Positions 62,733 through 64,000 of a stretch of 64,000 nucleotides of DNA are shown piece by piece. The position numbers were made by a program, and so were the translations under genes. The notes beneath the pieces were generated by a model. The model ran no database searches and was not told where the DNA came from. It saw only the letters and a list, made by a program, of their open reading frames with translations. The DNA comes from an uncultured Nitrospiraceae bacterium (GTDB lineage Bacteria; Nitrospirota; Thermodesulfovibrionia; Thermodesulfovibrionales; SM23-35). Where the stretch lies: positions 512,001 through 576,000 of the forward strand of contig CAVSHB010000003.1 in the NCBI GenBank assembly GCA_963727775.1, given 5' to 3'. The first letter of the stretch is position 1. Each line of letters begins with the position of its first letter.

Positions 62733-62982
62733 ACAATATCTCCTCCTTCCTTCTCGCCCTTCTGACGGAAATAATACGGATTTTACCCTTTCTTACGGTA
62801 TAGACTGCGGCCCATATTTTATCGTTAAGTTCTGCAATAATAATCCATCGGTTTTCAACCGGATGGTGCGCATGAATTTCAATACGATTCTCATCAAGCC
62901 ACAACCCTTTAGCCATTTCGAAATCTATCCCATGCTTCAGGCTGTTTGATCTGCCCTTTTCCTCATCCCATTCAAATTGCAT
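62710..62982 (-). CDS. brnT: BrnT toxin
   Basis: FEWDE.K...N..KHGIDF, RIISVRRA. Confidence 0.9.
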   Translation of the reverse strand: MQFEWDEEKGRSNSLKHGIDFEMAKGLWLDENRIEIHAHHPVENRWIIIAELNDKIWAAVYTVRKGKIRIISVRRARRKEEILYEEEKTG

Positions 62983-63532
62983 ATATGTAATTATACAGTA
63001 TTTGTCCAATAATTGAACAGAATCTGCTCACAATCATTTTTCCGGAGAAAAAAAGCCAATTCATGTCGTACACGTAGCAATGAGAATATACAGAAATGTT
63101 TTTCGACCGGCCGGGCGCGCACGAACGAGAAAGGCGGGAAGGAAAAGAAAGGGAGCCTATAATGTAAAGCGAAAGAGGCTTAGCCTCTGGGACATGGTTT
63201 TGTGGCCAATAAAAAGGCCGGCTTTCAACTCACCCGACCTTTGTTCGATTTCGATTGCTGACTGATCTCTTAGTCAGACTTATTGTGGTAATACCAAGTA
63301 ATTTATTATTACATCTCCATAAAAAAATGCAAGACGTTTTTTATGCCTCGGCTTAACACAGACGTCTCAGACTGATTTTTCCGAGTGAGATATCTCATCC
63401 ACCTTCTACACAACATCAAGATCTCGCCCGTTCTGTTGATTCCCGGCAACTGCGACATGGTAGGTATTCCACATCCTTTGGTGACATTTTGATGACGAAC
63501 TATTTGTCTATGGGTTCTCATTATTTGCATGT

Positions 63533-63561
63533 TTGACAAGTGGACAATTGAGTGCTACAAT
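63533..63561 (+). promoter_or_regulatory. sigma70-like promoter
   Basis: TTGACA-17 bp-TACAAT, followed by GAGGAGG. Confidence 0.65.
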
Positions 63562-63595
63562 ACAGTCAAATGACCGTATTAGAGGAGGTCCAATT

Positions 63596-64000
63596 ATGAA
63601 AAGCGCTGTGTTCGGAGAAGAGACACTAAAGAAAAAGGTTCTGTCTGTAATCAGCACAAAGACGGCTCCAAAGGGAAGCGGGGTGACTGTCACTATTCGT
63701 ACTTTTGTGAAGAAGGGCTTCCCTTTTCAGGCCGGAATTAACGTTAAGGCTCTGCTTGGACTTTCGGATAAGGAGATTGCCGAAACAATAGGGACCAGCG
63801 AAAAGACCCTGCAAAGAATGCGGAAGAAAAGGGCCCCTTTTTCAATGGTGGAGAGTGACCGGCTTTACCGTATGGCCCGCATATTTGCCCTTGCAAGTCA
63901 TGTAATGGGGGGCGATGATCTTGCCAGGCAGTGGCTGCGCGAGCCCCAGTATGGACTTGGCGAAGAAATCCCGATAGAAGTGATGAAGACTGAAGAAGGA
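63596..64000 (+). CDS. Xre/MbcA/ParS-type antitoxin (RES-Xre), runs off the window
   Basis: Manual translation: TLQR, ESDRLYR.ARI, A..WL.EP...LG...P. Confidence 0.85.
   Translation, partial: MKSAVFGEETLKKKVLSVISTKTAPKGSGVTVTIRTFVKKGFPFQAGINVKALLGLSDKEIAETIGTSEKTLQRMRKKRAPFSMVESDRLYRMARIFALASHVMGGDDLARQWLREPQYGLGEEIPIEVMKTEEG

Larger units (their letters stand above)
26137..64000. mobile_element. large integrative island on the 5' side of tRNA-Arg (far boundary not seen)
   Basis: int, xis, parB, Replic_Relax x3, topo VIII, ssb, TA and defence cargo, no housekeeping genes. Confidence 0.7.

Overview
Bacterial chromosomal window, about 40-45% GC by eye. The gene style suggests an anaerobic Nitrospirota/Desulfobacterota-like organism (inference only). 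1-17.7 kb is mostly core genome: an oxidative-stress cluster (TrxB-like, Fe/Mn-SOD, DsrC/TusE-like, PfpI, YyaL), yggU, serS, dGTPase, an XRE regulator, gyrA, yifB/comM, an IS1380 that split a promoter in front of a structured non-coding RNA, and a B12 radical SAM gene. From about 17.9 kb to the end the window is accessory DNA around a tRNA-Arg(CCT) at 25999-26075. On its 3' side is a 5.6-kb integrative element with a gene II/X-type rolling-circle Rep, a tyrosine integrase and HicBA, followed by the decayed remnant of a sibling element and a broken R-M system. On its 5' side is a large island with integrase, Xis, ParB, three Replic_Relax-like proteins, a topoisomerase VIII, SSB, IS630, many TA modules and defence-like genes (nuclease-STAND, HEPN, AlbA_2, ImmA+PIN, fused R-M), one clear integron cassette and two identical IS200/IS605-type MITEs. 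The island also carries an exported methionine-redox module: a Met-rich protein, MsrB, MsrA and an unannotated mini-MsrA-like ORF with an in-frame TGA at the catalytic-Cys position, a candidate selenoprotein. All family calls come from motif recognition; no database searches were run.
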